A stretch of DNA of 64,000 nt from an uncultured Rhodospirillales bacterium. Lineage in GTDB: Bacteria; Pseudomonadota; Alphaproteobacteria; Rhodospirillales; UBA2165. Below the pieces are notes generated by a model. It ran no database searches. It had not been told where the DNA came from and saw nothing but the letters and a program-made list of their open reading frames with translations. Made by a program: the position numbers and the translations under genes. Positions 10,616-18,432 of the stretch are shown here, one piece after another. Positions within the stretch are counted from its first letter, which is position 1; the number at the start of each line of letters is the position of its first letter. Location of the stretch: contig CAJXKD010000002.1 in NCBI GenBank assembly GCA_913055735.1, forward strand, positions 984,150 through 1,048,149, given 5' to 3'.

Positions 10616-11407
10616 GTGATCGTCGAACAGATCTGGACTGATAACAAATTCCGAAACTTCAATTACCTCATCGTGTGCCCGGAAACCGGCCAGGCGATGG
10701 CGGTCGACCCCCTCGAGCACGAGCAATGCCTGCGCGTCGCCAAGGAAAACGGGTGGGAGATCACCGAGATTCTCAACACCCACCATCACCATGACCATAT
10801 CGGCGGCAATGCGCCCCTGGTCGAGGCGACCGGCGCCCGCATCCTCGCCCACGCCATGGCGCGTGACGAGATCCCCGACATGGATGTCGGCCTGTCGGCG
10901 GGCGACGTGATCACCATCGGCAAGACCGTGGAGATGGAAGTGCTCGATACGCCCGGCCATACCATGAGCCACGTCTGCCTGTTCGCGCGCACCGACCATC
11001 CGGCGCTGATCTGCGGCGACACCTTGTTCAATGCCGGTGCCGGCCATTGCAAGGGCGGCGGCCAACCGGAACCGCTCTACCAAACCTTCGCGACGCAACT
11101 TTCCAAGCTGCCCGACAATACCCGCATTTTCCCGGGTCACGACTACATCGAGAACAACCTCAACTTCACCCTCGACCGCGAGCCCGATAACGAACGTGCG
11201 GCCAAGCTCAAGGAAGAAGTGGCGGGCCAGGACACCAACGAGGCCTTCGTCACGACGCTGGGTTTGGAGAAAGAGGTGAACACGTTCTTCCGGCTGCACA
11301 ACCCGACGGTGATCGCGCGCCTCAAGGAAGCGTTCCCCGATCTGCCCGACGAACCGGACGAAAAGACGGTGTTCCTCAAACTGCGCGAACTGCGCAACGA
11401 CTGGTAA
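10616..11407 (+). CDS. gloB: hydroxyacylglutathione hydrolase (glyoxalase II)
   Basis: Metallo-beta-lactamase motif THHHHDHIGG, later TPGHT and FPGHDY. Length ~260 aa with a HAGH_C-like tail. Confidence 0.88.
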   Translation: MIVEQIWTDNKFRNFNYLIVCPETGQAMAVDPLEHEQCLRVAKENGWEITEILNTHHHHDHIGGNAPLVEATGARILAHAMARDEIPDMDVGLSAGDVITIGKTVEMEVLDTPGHTMSHVCLFARTDHPALICGDTLFNAGAGHCKGGGQPEPLYQTFATQLSKLPDNTRIFPGHDYIENNLNFTLDREPDNERAAKLKEEVAGQDTNEAFVTTLGLEKEVNTFFRLHNPTVIARLKEAFPDLPDEPDEKTVFLKLRELRNDW

Positions 11408-11416
11408 GGCGGGAAA

Positions 11417-12721
11417 TTATTCTGCCGGTTGAGCGGCGGCGCGGGCCCCAGCGCGTTTGTACACCCGTGCCGCCCACCCCGCCGCCACGGCGAAGCCCAG
11501 CGTCACCAGCATCAGGATGGCGGAGGCGAGGAAAATCCCTGCGGGTACGTCGTGATCCATGATGGTGCCGTTGAGTACCGGACCGATGAAGCCGCCGACA
11601 CTGAACCCCGTCGAGACGAACCCGAACGCCTTGCCCGTGGCGCCCGCGGGCGCGATGGACGAAACCATCAGATCGCGCGACGGCATCACCGCGCCAATCA
11701 TGAAGCCTGCAAAGGTCAGCCCCGCGACCACCCCGCCGAACGGCAGCAACGACGCGGCGATGGCGATCAGCGCCGCCGCAGACAACCCATAACCGATGGC
11801 GGCGAGCACGTCGAAGCGCTTGAGCCAGGTAGTGACCATGCCGCCCGCGAACACGCCGATGGTGATGCCCCACAGATAAGTGGCGATGGCCTGGTTGGCG
11901 GCCACCACGTCGATCTCGAACATCTGGATCAGCGCCGTGATGCCGAAGGTCTGAATGCCGTTGCCGGACAAAGCGGTGGCCACATAGAAACCGAACATCA
12001 GCAGGATCGGCGTCGAGAACACAAAGGAGGCCGCACCCGGTTTCTTGGCGTCCGCCTTCTCGGCTTTTGCCGCCGCGAGCGCGGGCGTTTCCACACCCTT
12101 TAGCAACTTGGCGAACACGATCAGCAACACAGCGCCGGCCAATCCGGCGAGGCCCAAAATATGGATAATACCGCGCCAGTCGAAATGCGGCGCCAGGAAC
12201 GCGACCACCGTCGGCGTTGCGGCGAAGCCGAGGAAACCGCCGGTGGTGTGGATGGCGTAAGCCTTGCCGCGCCAGCCTGGCCGCACCCGGTCGGTGAGGA
12301 TGGAATAGTCGGAGGGATGGAACTGGCTGTCGGCGAGCCCGGCGACGGCGGCGAGCACCACCAGCACCAGCACGGACTCCGCGAAGCCCATGAGGAACAC
12401 CGACGCCGACACGATGGCGAGGCCGCCGATGAGAAACGGCCGCGCGCCGATCTTGTCCATATAGACGCCCGCCGGATACTGCCCCGCCGCCGACATGCCG
12501 GCATAGGCGGTCATGATCAGGCCGAACAGGACGAAGGCGCTTTCGGCGCCGAGATCGGCGCGGATCAAGGGCAGCAGCGACGGCACGGTGAGGACGAAGA
12601 AATGGCTGAAGAAATGCGCCATGGTCACGAGACCGATGACGGTGAGTTCCTTCGACGTGCTGGAGGTTTCTGCGGCTACTGGGCTGGTCGGTCCGGGCAT
12701 ACGGACGGAATCCTTTTTCAT
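11417..12721 (-). CDS. MFS transporter
   Basis: 434 aa and highly hydrophobic, with about 12 predicted TM stretches and a central loop. MFS-like D-R/K loop (MDKIGARP). Confidence 0.8.
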   Translation of the reverse strand: MKKDSVRMPGPTSPVAAETSSTSKELTVIGLVTMAHFFSHFFVLTVPSLLPLIRADLGAESAFVLFGLIMTAYAGMSAAGQYPAGVYMDKIGARPFLIGGLAIVSASVFLMGFAESVLVLVVLAAVAGLADSQFHPSDYSILTDRVRPGWRGKAYAIHTTGGFLGFAATPTVVAFLAPHFDWRGIIHILGLAGLAGAVLLIVFAKLLKGVETPALAAAKAEKADAKKPGAASFVFSTPILLMFGFYVATALSGNGIQTFGITALIQMFEIDVVAANQAIATYLWGITIGVFAGGMVTTWLKRFDVLAAIGYGLSAAALIAIAASLLPFGGVVAGLTFAGFMIGAVMPSRDLMVSSIAPAGATGKAFGFVSTGFSVGGFIGPVLNGTIMDHDVPAGIFLASAILMLVTLGFAVAAGWAARVYKRAGARAAAQPAE

Positions 12722-12823
12722 TTCTTCTTATATGGGGCCTCTGCCCACTCTTCGATCCCTATGCCTCCAGGCCCGGTTTGGCAAGCACTTCACAATACCA
12801 GCGAGACAACCACCAGGACGAAA

Positions 12824-13762
12824 CTAGCTTGGTGGAACAATCTGGTTATCAGGTAGATTAATCTGTTCGATTGTCTCGTTTCCGAATTTGTTGCGAATTC
12901 TGCCCAGGAACTCAGGTTCGACTGCGCGGATAAAACTTAAGTAGCCGACGAGATACTTTATTTCCTCTGGAGTGGCATTCCCGGTTCGAAATCGATGTAT
13001 CAATCCACGAACATAACGTTTCTGCCCTCTTCCAATGGATATGCCACCTTCGTTTGTTAAAACCAGGCCTGTCACTCTCATTCGCTTTTTTTTCGAAGAG
13101 TGGTGTGTTTTTTGATCGTTGATTTGAAGGTGCGGGTAGTCGAGATTCTCGGCTACATGTCGAACATGGTTAATCAGGCCACCAAGTTGATCAGGTAGAT
13201 TCGACGAAAAAGTCAGATCATCTGCATATCGAGAGTATCGAATTCCGAGTTGATTACATCGTTCGTGAATCAGCGTGTCAAAGACATACATTATCGTATT
13301 GGACACAACCGGTGAACTTGGCGCTCCGATTACCAATGATCCACGCTTGCATACTGCAGCGCATACAAAGGGAATTTCGTCAGCACTAAGGAGATCCGGA
13401 AGAAGGTGTAAATTATTGTTCAGAAGGCTTCTGATATCTGCTGCCGTGATTGACCTAAAGAATTCGGTAAAATCCATCTTTAATAGAAAACGCTGCCCCT
13501 GGTGAACACGAGCATTGTGATAGATATTGATGTTACTTCTGTAGGCAAACGCTGCTTCGTGAACGGGAAGCCTTCCGAAAATTTCTCTGGCCATCCATCT
13601 TTGGACTACTTTCAGTCGTCTCGACGGGTGTTCAATTTGGCGAACCCCACCATCCCTTTTTTCTATCGGATAAGATTTATAACGATGATTGGCTGCAAGT
13701 ACGGTCGCAGCTACAAAACCTTGGCTGAGGCCCAAATCCGCAGAAATTTTCTCAATAATCAT
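12824..13762 (-). CDS. retron-type reverse transcriptase (RNA-directed DNA polymerase)
   Basis: 312 aa, RT domain only. RT1 GGVRQIEHPSRRLKVVQ. Retron-typical NAxxH (YHNARVHQG). RT3 LKMDFTEFFRSI. RT4 GAPSSPVVSN. RT5 YSRYADDLTFS. RT7 NDQKT...RVTGLVL (retron VTG). Thumb-like tail LVGYLSFIRAVEPEF. ATG 13762 overlaps the upstream stop (ATGA). Confidence 0.9.
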   Translation of the reverse strand: MIIEKISADLGLSQGFVAATVLAANHRYKSYPIEKRDGGVRQIEHPSRRLKVVQRWMAREIFGRLPVHEAAFAYRSNINIYHNARVHQGQRFLLKMDFTEFFRSITAADIRSLLNNNLHLLPDLLSADEIPFVCAAVCKRGSLVIGAPSSPVVSNTIMYVFDTLIHERCNQLGIRYSRYADDLTFSSNLPDQLGGLINHVRHVAENLDYPHLQINDQKTHHSSKKKRMRVTGLVLTNEGGISIGRGQKRYVRGLIHRFRTGNATPEEIKYLVGYLSFIRAVEPEFLGRIRNKFGNETIEQINLPDNQIVPPS

Positions 13763-14661
13763 GCGTTTTGTGCCCTCAACTCTAACAGATGTGACGCATC
13801 TCTCTGATAGACGCTTAAAATTTTGGCCTTAATTTCGTCAGTTGAGATTCCCTCTATCTCGGCCAATGTAAAGTCGCTCACATTCGCGAAGAAAAGAGGC
13901 TCGTCCTCGCCTCTAGTTATATATTTCGCTGAGGCCAATACAGATACAATATAACGCACTTCGCTATAATTTGATTTTCCAAAAATATTCTTGAACAGAA
14001 TAGAAAGCTCAACCGGGTGAAGAATGGGAAAAACTGAAAATAAATGAATTGCGATATAAAATTTCTGCTTTAACCCAGCATTCTCAATTTCGTCTCCTTC
14101 TATTCGATAGCTCTTTTTGTGTCCCGCACTTCCAAGTACACCCTTTATTGGCTCAAAATCTGGTTCATTGCCGTCACAAACAACATATACGGTCTGACCA
14201 AATTGAGATTTTTGGTTGATTTTGTGTATTGGACCAAGATTTAGAAATGAAGGATCTGCCTGATGACCAATTTGATTTGCAACTAATGTTTTCGCGGAAA
14301 GATCATCAAACGCGGAAAAATATCCTACTTCCGCAAACGAGCCTGCGCTTTCAGGAAAAATGAGAACAAAATCAGCGACATCGCAGATAAATCTCTCAAG
14401 ATCAGAGATATTGATGAAATTGTGATCGCCGTCGGCACGAATATCCGAAAATGAACTTTCGGCTAAAAATATTTTGTAATCCGGCAAGTTTTCAGCCGAG
14501 TACTGAAGAAACGCACTTCGGTGGTTTTTCTCGTTCGTGGGTCCTCCGCAAACAAACAGTAGTTTGTGATCTCTGCGTATAAGTAATCTGCCAGAACGAA
14601 AAATTTGGGCCACTTCCTGCACAAGTGCTTGCCCTTGAGGCAATTGGAGAAAGTGGCCCAC
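13759..14661 (-). CDS. putative retron effector: N-terminal Rossmann/NDT (nucleoside deoxyribosyltransferase)-SLOG-like domain plus C-terminal winged-helix-like domain
   Basis: 300 aa with a GTG start at 14661 (AAGGGG 9 nt upstream). LLFVCGGP...VLIFPESAGSFAEVGYF resembles the glycine-rich loop and catalytic-Glu strand of NDT/SLOG-type folds. Its position immediately upstream of the RT, with coupling to it, mirrors type II retrons (Sen2/St85 order). Confidence 0.6.
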   Translation of the reverse strand: MGHFLQLPQGQALVQEVAQIFRSGRLLIRRDHKLLFVCGGPTNEKNHRSAFLQYSAENLPDYKIFLAESSFSDIRADGDHNFINISDLERFICDVADFVLIFPESAGSFAEVGYFSAFDDLSAKTLVANQIGHQADPSFLNLGPIHKINQKSQFGQTVYVVCDGNEPDFEPIKGVLGSAGHKKSYRIEGDEIENAGLKQKFYIAIHLFSVFPILHPVELSILFKNIFGKSNYSEVRYIVSVLASAKYITRGEDEPLFFANVSDFTLAEIEGISTDEIKAKILSVYQRDASHLLELRAQNA

Positions 14662-14885
14662 TTCAAGAACCCCTTACCTAACGCGAGGCGATATCTAAAG
14701 TCGCCTTGCAGAACTGCGAGGCGACTTTAGATATCGCCCGCAGCATGACGTTCAATTCCAAACGGCTTGGCTATAGCACCAAGCGCAAGACACTCAACAA
14801 CCGTGAGGTGTCCAACTAAGAGGCAGGCTACAACGGTTACCTACTCAAAGGAAGCTGTCAAGACGGCGACCAAAACTTTAGCGAA
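14662..14885 (-). ncRNA. candidate retron non-coding RNA (msr-msd) region
   Basis: A 314-nt gap lies upstream of the effector on the coding strand. It contains a perfect 19-bp inverted repeat (14687-14705 / 14720-14738, extendable by about 3-4 pairs into the loop). It also has two short hairpins (14765-14784 gcttgg/ccaagc; 14789-14812 gacac(c)tca/tgagtgtc). A third partial copy of the arm (ctaaagt[tttgg]tcgcc) lies at about 14865-14881. The a1/a2 repeats and the branching G could not be fixed by eye. Confidence 0.4.
14687..14738. repeat. perfect 19-bp inverted repeat (ggcgatatctaaagtcgcc / ggcgactttagatatcgcc), 14-nt spacer
   Basis: Read directly from the sequence. The spacer ttgcagaactgcga is itself partly self-complementary. 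No U/T-run follows on either strand, so it is not a classical intrinsic terminator. Confidence 0.95.
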
Positions 14886-14975
14886 CACGAGATTTCATTA
14901 AACCGCGCATAGATTGGGTGCGTTCTTTAGCTTTCGATACCTCTGCCTTCGGGCCAGATTTGGCATCCCACTTGC

Positions 14976-15368
14976 TCACAGGGTAAAAATACCACCTATG
15001 AAAATAAATAGGCCCCCGATGATAAACAGGCCGAGCGACGTCCACATTAACGATACGCTGAAAAAACAAATCCTCGGTTCTTTTAGGTTGAATCCGAATA
15101 TTTTCCCGGCGGGAGGGCTATACCCGTGGCTTTCATACTCAAGAGAACATAAACGCCGGAACCGATTGTGAATGACTGCACAAACCAGCCCAAGCTGAAA
15201 TGCCAAAAGCGCCCACAAAATCGACCAAGAAAGTGGGGCAAACTCCGATTTGCCGATAACGGTGGGCAAAAGAGCGAGAAGGGCAACAGCGCCACCGCCG
15301 TTCAAAAGCACCAATCCTTTGACAACATCGCTGTCAATTTGTGCGCGTATTTCCAATCCTTTTGTCAT
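14976..15368 (-). CDS. small integral membrane protein (about 3 TM), function unknown, within the AT-rich island
   Basis: 130 aa with hydrophobic stretches (GLVLLNGGGAVALLALLPTVI; LSWSILWALLAFQLGLVCAVI; ICFFSVSLMWTSLGLFIIGGLFIFIGGIF). Strong SD GGAGGA 8 nt upstream of ATG 15368. Same strand as the RT operon. Confidence 0.6.
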   Translation of the reverse strand: MTKGLEIRAQIDSDVVKGLVLLNGGGAVALLALLPTVIGKSEFAPLSWSILWALLAFQLGLVCAVIHNRFRRLCSLEYESHGYSPPAGKIFGFNLKEPRICFFSVSLMWTSLGLFIIGGLFIFIGGIFTL

Positions 15369-15519
15369 TGAGCAAATCCTCCATCCGGAAATTGAAGCTA
15401 CAAGGCGCCCAATAGCAGAAAAGGACTAGCCCAGACGGGCTTGATCCCTGTTAAAGCTTTTATTCTAAGGTTTGGATAGTTTAAGTCAGTACGCGGGATG
15501 AGCGCAAAGGCACGAGATA

Positions 15520-15945
15520 ATGCCGCCGATTAAACAAAAAATGCACCTAATCTTCGTCGGTGCTATTGCGATCTGGTTGGGCGTAACATCGATCCAAACC
15601 GCAGTGGCAGACGAGACGTTGAGCCGCGACGCGCTGACGGCGCTGTTCGCCAACAAAAGCATCGTTTATCCGTATAAAGAGTCAGACGAAAACGCCGTCG
15701 TCTTCATGGACCGGTTCGGCGGCACGGAGACCTACGTGCCGTGCGAGTTTTCCCACGGCACATGGTGGGTGAGCGAGGATGCGCGCCTGTGCTGGCAGGA
15801 CAGCCAAGAAAACAATATGGGCGATCCGGCGCCGCAGTGTTTCACGCCGCAGATGTCGGGAAGCGACATCGAACTCACCGATGCAAGCGGCGCGCTCGCC
15901 GTTGCCGGCAAGCTCATCGAAGGCAGCCGCATTCCCACCGGCTGA
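15520..15945 (+). CDS. secreted hypothetical protein (signal peptide; possibly DUF995-like)
   Basis: N-terminal signal sequence MHLIFVGAIAIWLGVTSIQTAVA|DE. Four Cys in a G-T-W-W-V...LCW...QCF pattern. No catalytic motif recognised. Confidence 0.6.
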   Translation: MPPIKQKMHLIFVGAIAIWLGVTSIQTAVADETLSRDALTALFANKSIVYPYKESDENAVVFMDRFGGTETYVPCEFSHGTWWVSEDARLCWQDSQENNMGDPAPQCFTPQMSGSDIELTDASGALAVAGKLIEGSRIPTG

Positions 15946-15982
15946 CTGATCGAGTATCCCGATCCCGGCGCGTGACGCCGGG

Positions 15983-16462
15983 CTAGATCAACGCAAGAAG
16001 AAAACACACCAGCGCCGCTGCTGACGCCGCCGTGCGCACGTGGTTCCAGGCGGTCCAGCGGCGCAGATAGTCGGCCCACAATTCCTCGCCGGCGGCAGTG
16101 CCCACCTCGCTCGCCGCAAGGGCGTTGTTCATCGGTACATTGAAGATCACGGTTACCAGGAATCCCCCGACGATATAGAGGGTGCTACCCGCGAGCAGCC
16201 AGCCGCTGCCGGGCGCGCCCCAGGCGAACAAGCAATACACCGCGAGAACGGCACAGGCCGCGAGCGCGCCGAAAAAGATCACGAAGAAAAGAGGGTTCAG
16301 GATGGTGACGTTCATTGCCTTCATGGCAGTCATTCCCTCAGCCCGAGACAAACCACCGAGCGCCTGCATCACGCAACGGGAAAAGGCATAGAAAATTCCT
16401 GCCATTAACCCCGCGCCGAGGGCGGCAAGAACGATCACGATGGGAAGCCATTGTCCGCTCAT
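15983..16462 (-). CDS. DUF1772 (anthrone-oxygenase-like) membrane protein
   Basis: Four TM segments and the family-typical FNVPMNNALA...LWADYLRRWTAWNHVRT. Start set at ATG 16462 (MSGQW). Confidence 0.7.
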   Translation of the reverse strand: MSGQWLPIVIVLAALGAGLMAGIFYAFSRCVMQALGGLSRAEGMTAMKAMNVTILNPLFFVIFFGALAACAVLAVYCLFAWGAPGSGWLLAGSTLYIVGGFLVTVIFNVPMNNALAASEVGTAAGEELWADYLRRWTAWNHVRTAASAAALVCFLLALI

Positions 16463-16528
16463 GTGGCTATTTAATCCCAATCACCACAGACGGGCAAAGG
16501 CCTCTTGGAAGGCAAAATGTCGCGGAGA

Positions 16529-17680
16529 TCACCCCCACAACTCGTCGCTGGCGATCTTGGCGCCTTCGGAGAGGGATTCCAGCTTGGCCCACATGATAGC
16601 GGGGTCGACGCGCTGGATGCCTTCCACCTGGGCAAAGCCGCAATCGGTGCCGGCAATGACGTTCTCACGCCCCACCAACTTGGCAAAGCGAACGATGCGG
16701 TCGGCCACCAGGCGCGGGTGCTCGACAGTGATGGTGTGGTGCGTCACCACGCCGGGGATGAGGATCTTGCCCTCGGGTAGGCGGCCGTTTTCCCAAATGC
16801 GCCATTCGTGTTCGTGGCGGACGTTGGCGGATTCGATGGAATAGGCCCCGGCGCGCACCTCGAGGACAAAATCGATGATCTCTTCGAGCGGTGCATCCGA
16901 GGTATGGGGCACGTGCCAGCTGCCGAAACAGACGTGATAGCGCACCCGGTCCTCGGGGATGCCGTCGAGGGCATGGTTGAGCGCCTCGATGCGCAGGCCC
17001 GCCCATTCCTTGTAGCGTTCCGGGCTTTGGCGCACGAGGTGGTCGTACATATTGGCAAGCACCGCGTCGTCCACCTGCACCAGGAAGCCCGCTTCGTGGA
17101 TGATGCGGTATTCGTTCCGGAGCGCGTCGGCGATGGCATAGATGTAATCGTGCTCGTTCTTGTAATACTCGTCGAGCCCGTCATAGGCGGTGCTGGCGGG
17201 CGCAACGGCGGTGATAAATGCCTCTTCCACGTTCACGCCGTCGAGGGCGGCACGCAGATTGGCGGCATCACGTTTCAGGCTGCCATCATCCTGATAGGCG
17301 ATCGGGCCGATGCAGGCCTCGGTCGGACGCTCCAGGGCGTTGGGCATTTCCCGGGCGATGTGATCGTGGAACCGTTCGATCTCGTTCCCGAGCCAAACGA
17401 CGGGACGCTTCTGATCGGGGCGCAGTTCGAAGCCGGTCATGCGTTCGAGAACGTAGGCTGCCCAACTCGATTTCCCCCATTCGCCGTCATTGACGATGTC
17501 GATGCCGGCATCGGCCTGCATGGCGACAACCTCCTTCACGCTTTCGCTCAGGAGCGCTTCATAGGTCTGCTTATCGGCCGGGCTGCCGTCGCGCGCTTTC
17601 TTCGACGTATCCAGCAAAGCCTTCGGGCGGATCAGGCTGCCGACATGGGTGGTGAGGATTCGATTTTCGCTGCGTTTCAT
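16529..17680 (-). CDS. cobalamin-independent methionine synthase-like protein (MetE C-terminal/UROD-fold family)
   Basis: 383 aa single domain. N-terminus ILTTHVGSLIRP and later YHVCFGSWH...ESANVRHEHEW...AGTDCGF fit the COG0620-type Zn-dependent methyltransferase family. Confidence 0.7.
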   Translation of the reverse strand: MKRSENRILTTHVGSLIRPKALLDTSKKARDGSPADKQTYEALLSESVKEVVAMQADAGIDIVNDGEWGKSSWAAYVLERMTGFELRPDQKRPVVWLGNEIERFHDHIAREMPNALERPTEACIGPIAYQDDGSLKRDAANLRAALDGVNVEEAFITAVAPASTAYDGLDEYYKNEHDYIYAIADALRNEYRIIHEAGFLVQVDDAVLANMYDHLVRQSPERYKEWAGLRIEALNHALDGIPEDRVRYHVCFGSWHVPHTSDAPLEEIIDFVLEVRAGAYSIESANVRHEHEWRIWENGRLPEGKILIPGVVTHHTITVEHPRLVADRIVRFAKLVGRENVIAGTDCGFAQVEGIQRVDPAIMWAKLESLSEGAKIASDELWG

Positions 17681-17840
17681 GGGCCGTCCCTGCTTTTTAT
17701 ATGGCTTGAATTACGCATAGAGTTGCAGGCGCGGCGCGCCGTGGCAAGACACTGATGGCGGGCCAAGTGATGGGCCACTTGATTGGTCAAGTGGTAGGCC
17801 GGGCGCTAGGCGCGTGGGACGCCACCCTCCCCGGGCGTCA

Positions 17841-17916
17841 TGCGCGGGCTTGACCCGCGCATCCACCTTGGAAACGGCAGAGACCGCAAAGATGGATTAC
17901 CGGGTCAAGCCCGGTA
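17841..17916. repeat. pair of REP-like palindromes in mutually inverted orientation
   Basis: tgcgcgggcttgacccgcgca (17841-17861) and taccgggtcaagcccggta (17898-17916). The cores cgggcttgacccg and cgggtcaagcccg are exact reverse complements. Intergenic location. Confidence 0.8.
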
Positions 17917-18068
17917 ATGACGATGGGAACAGTGGGAAAATACGCTCAAAGCAGCTTGCGAAAGATTGGGGAATTTGTCCGGCAACCCACCTGACGATTC
18001 CCCTGGCTATCGCCGATTATCGATTGCGGTTAGATTGATCGGAGTGTCGTGCCGAAAGTGGGAGCCAC

Positions 18069-18428
18069 ATGCTCACTTATCTCACGCTGATCCTGTGCTG
18101 CCAATTGATCGGCGAGTTCTTCGTCACCTGGAGCGGCCTGCCCGTGCCCGGCCCGGTGTGCGGCATGGTGCTTTTGTTTGTGGGATTGTTGATCAAGGGC
18201 GGCATCCCCGACGATCTTTCCATGGTCGCCGATACGTTGTTGCGTCATTTGTCGTTGCTGTTCGTGCCGGCGGGTGTCGGCGTGCTGTTGCATGTGGGCC
18301 TGCTGGAAGAAGACTGGCTGCCCGTGTCGGCCGCGTTAATCGTCAGCACGCTCCTGACCATCGCCGTCACCGCCTTCGTCATGGCCTGGTTGAGCAGAAA
18401 CACCACGCCGCAAGAGAAACAGGGCTGA
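18069..18428 (+). CDS. CidA/LrgA-family holin-like membrane protein
   Basis: 119 aa with 4 TM. MLTYLTLILCCQLIGEFFVTWSGLPVPGPVCGMVLLF is the LrgA signature. Immediately followed by an LrgB gene. Confidence 0.85.
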   Translation: MLTYLTLILCCQLIGEFFVTWSGLPVPGPVCGMVLLFVGLLIKGGIPDDLSMVADTLLRHLSLLFVPAGVGVLLHVGLLEEDWLPVSAALIVSTLLTIAVTAFVMAWLSRNTTPQEKQG

Positions 18429-18432
18429 TGCC

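Larger units (their letters stand above)
12790..15500. other. AT-richer genomic island carrying a retron-like RT operon (boundaries approximate)
   Basis: Base composition drops visibly between the MFS gene start (12721) and the secreted-protein gene (15520). All three island ORFs are on the minus strand. No integrase, tRNA or flanking direct repeat was seen. Confidence 0.6.

Noticed and set aside
12824-13762. Alternative identities for the RT: group II intron, diversity-generating retroelement, Abi/DRT-type RT
   Set aside because: There is no maturase/X-En extension and no intron RNA domains flanking it. I saw no template/variable repeat pair and no Avd-like gene. The catalytic box is YADD, with the retron-typical NAxxH and VTG motifs, and the size is ~310 aa. 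Phylogenetic placement is still needed.
14687-14738. The 19-bp hairpin as a rho-independent terminator of the upstream membrane-protein gene
   Set aside because: No U/T-run follows it on either strand, and it lies ~240 nt past that gene's stop and 25 nt before the next start codon. It fits better as part of a structured RNA or an operator.
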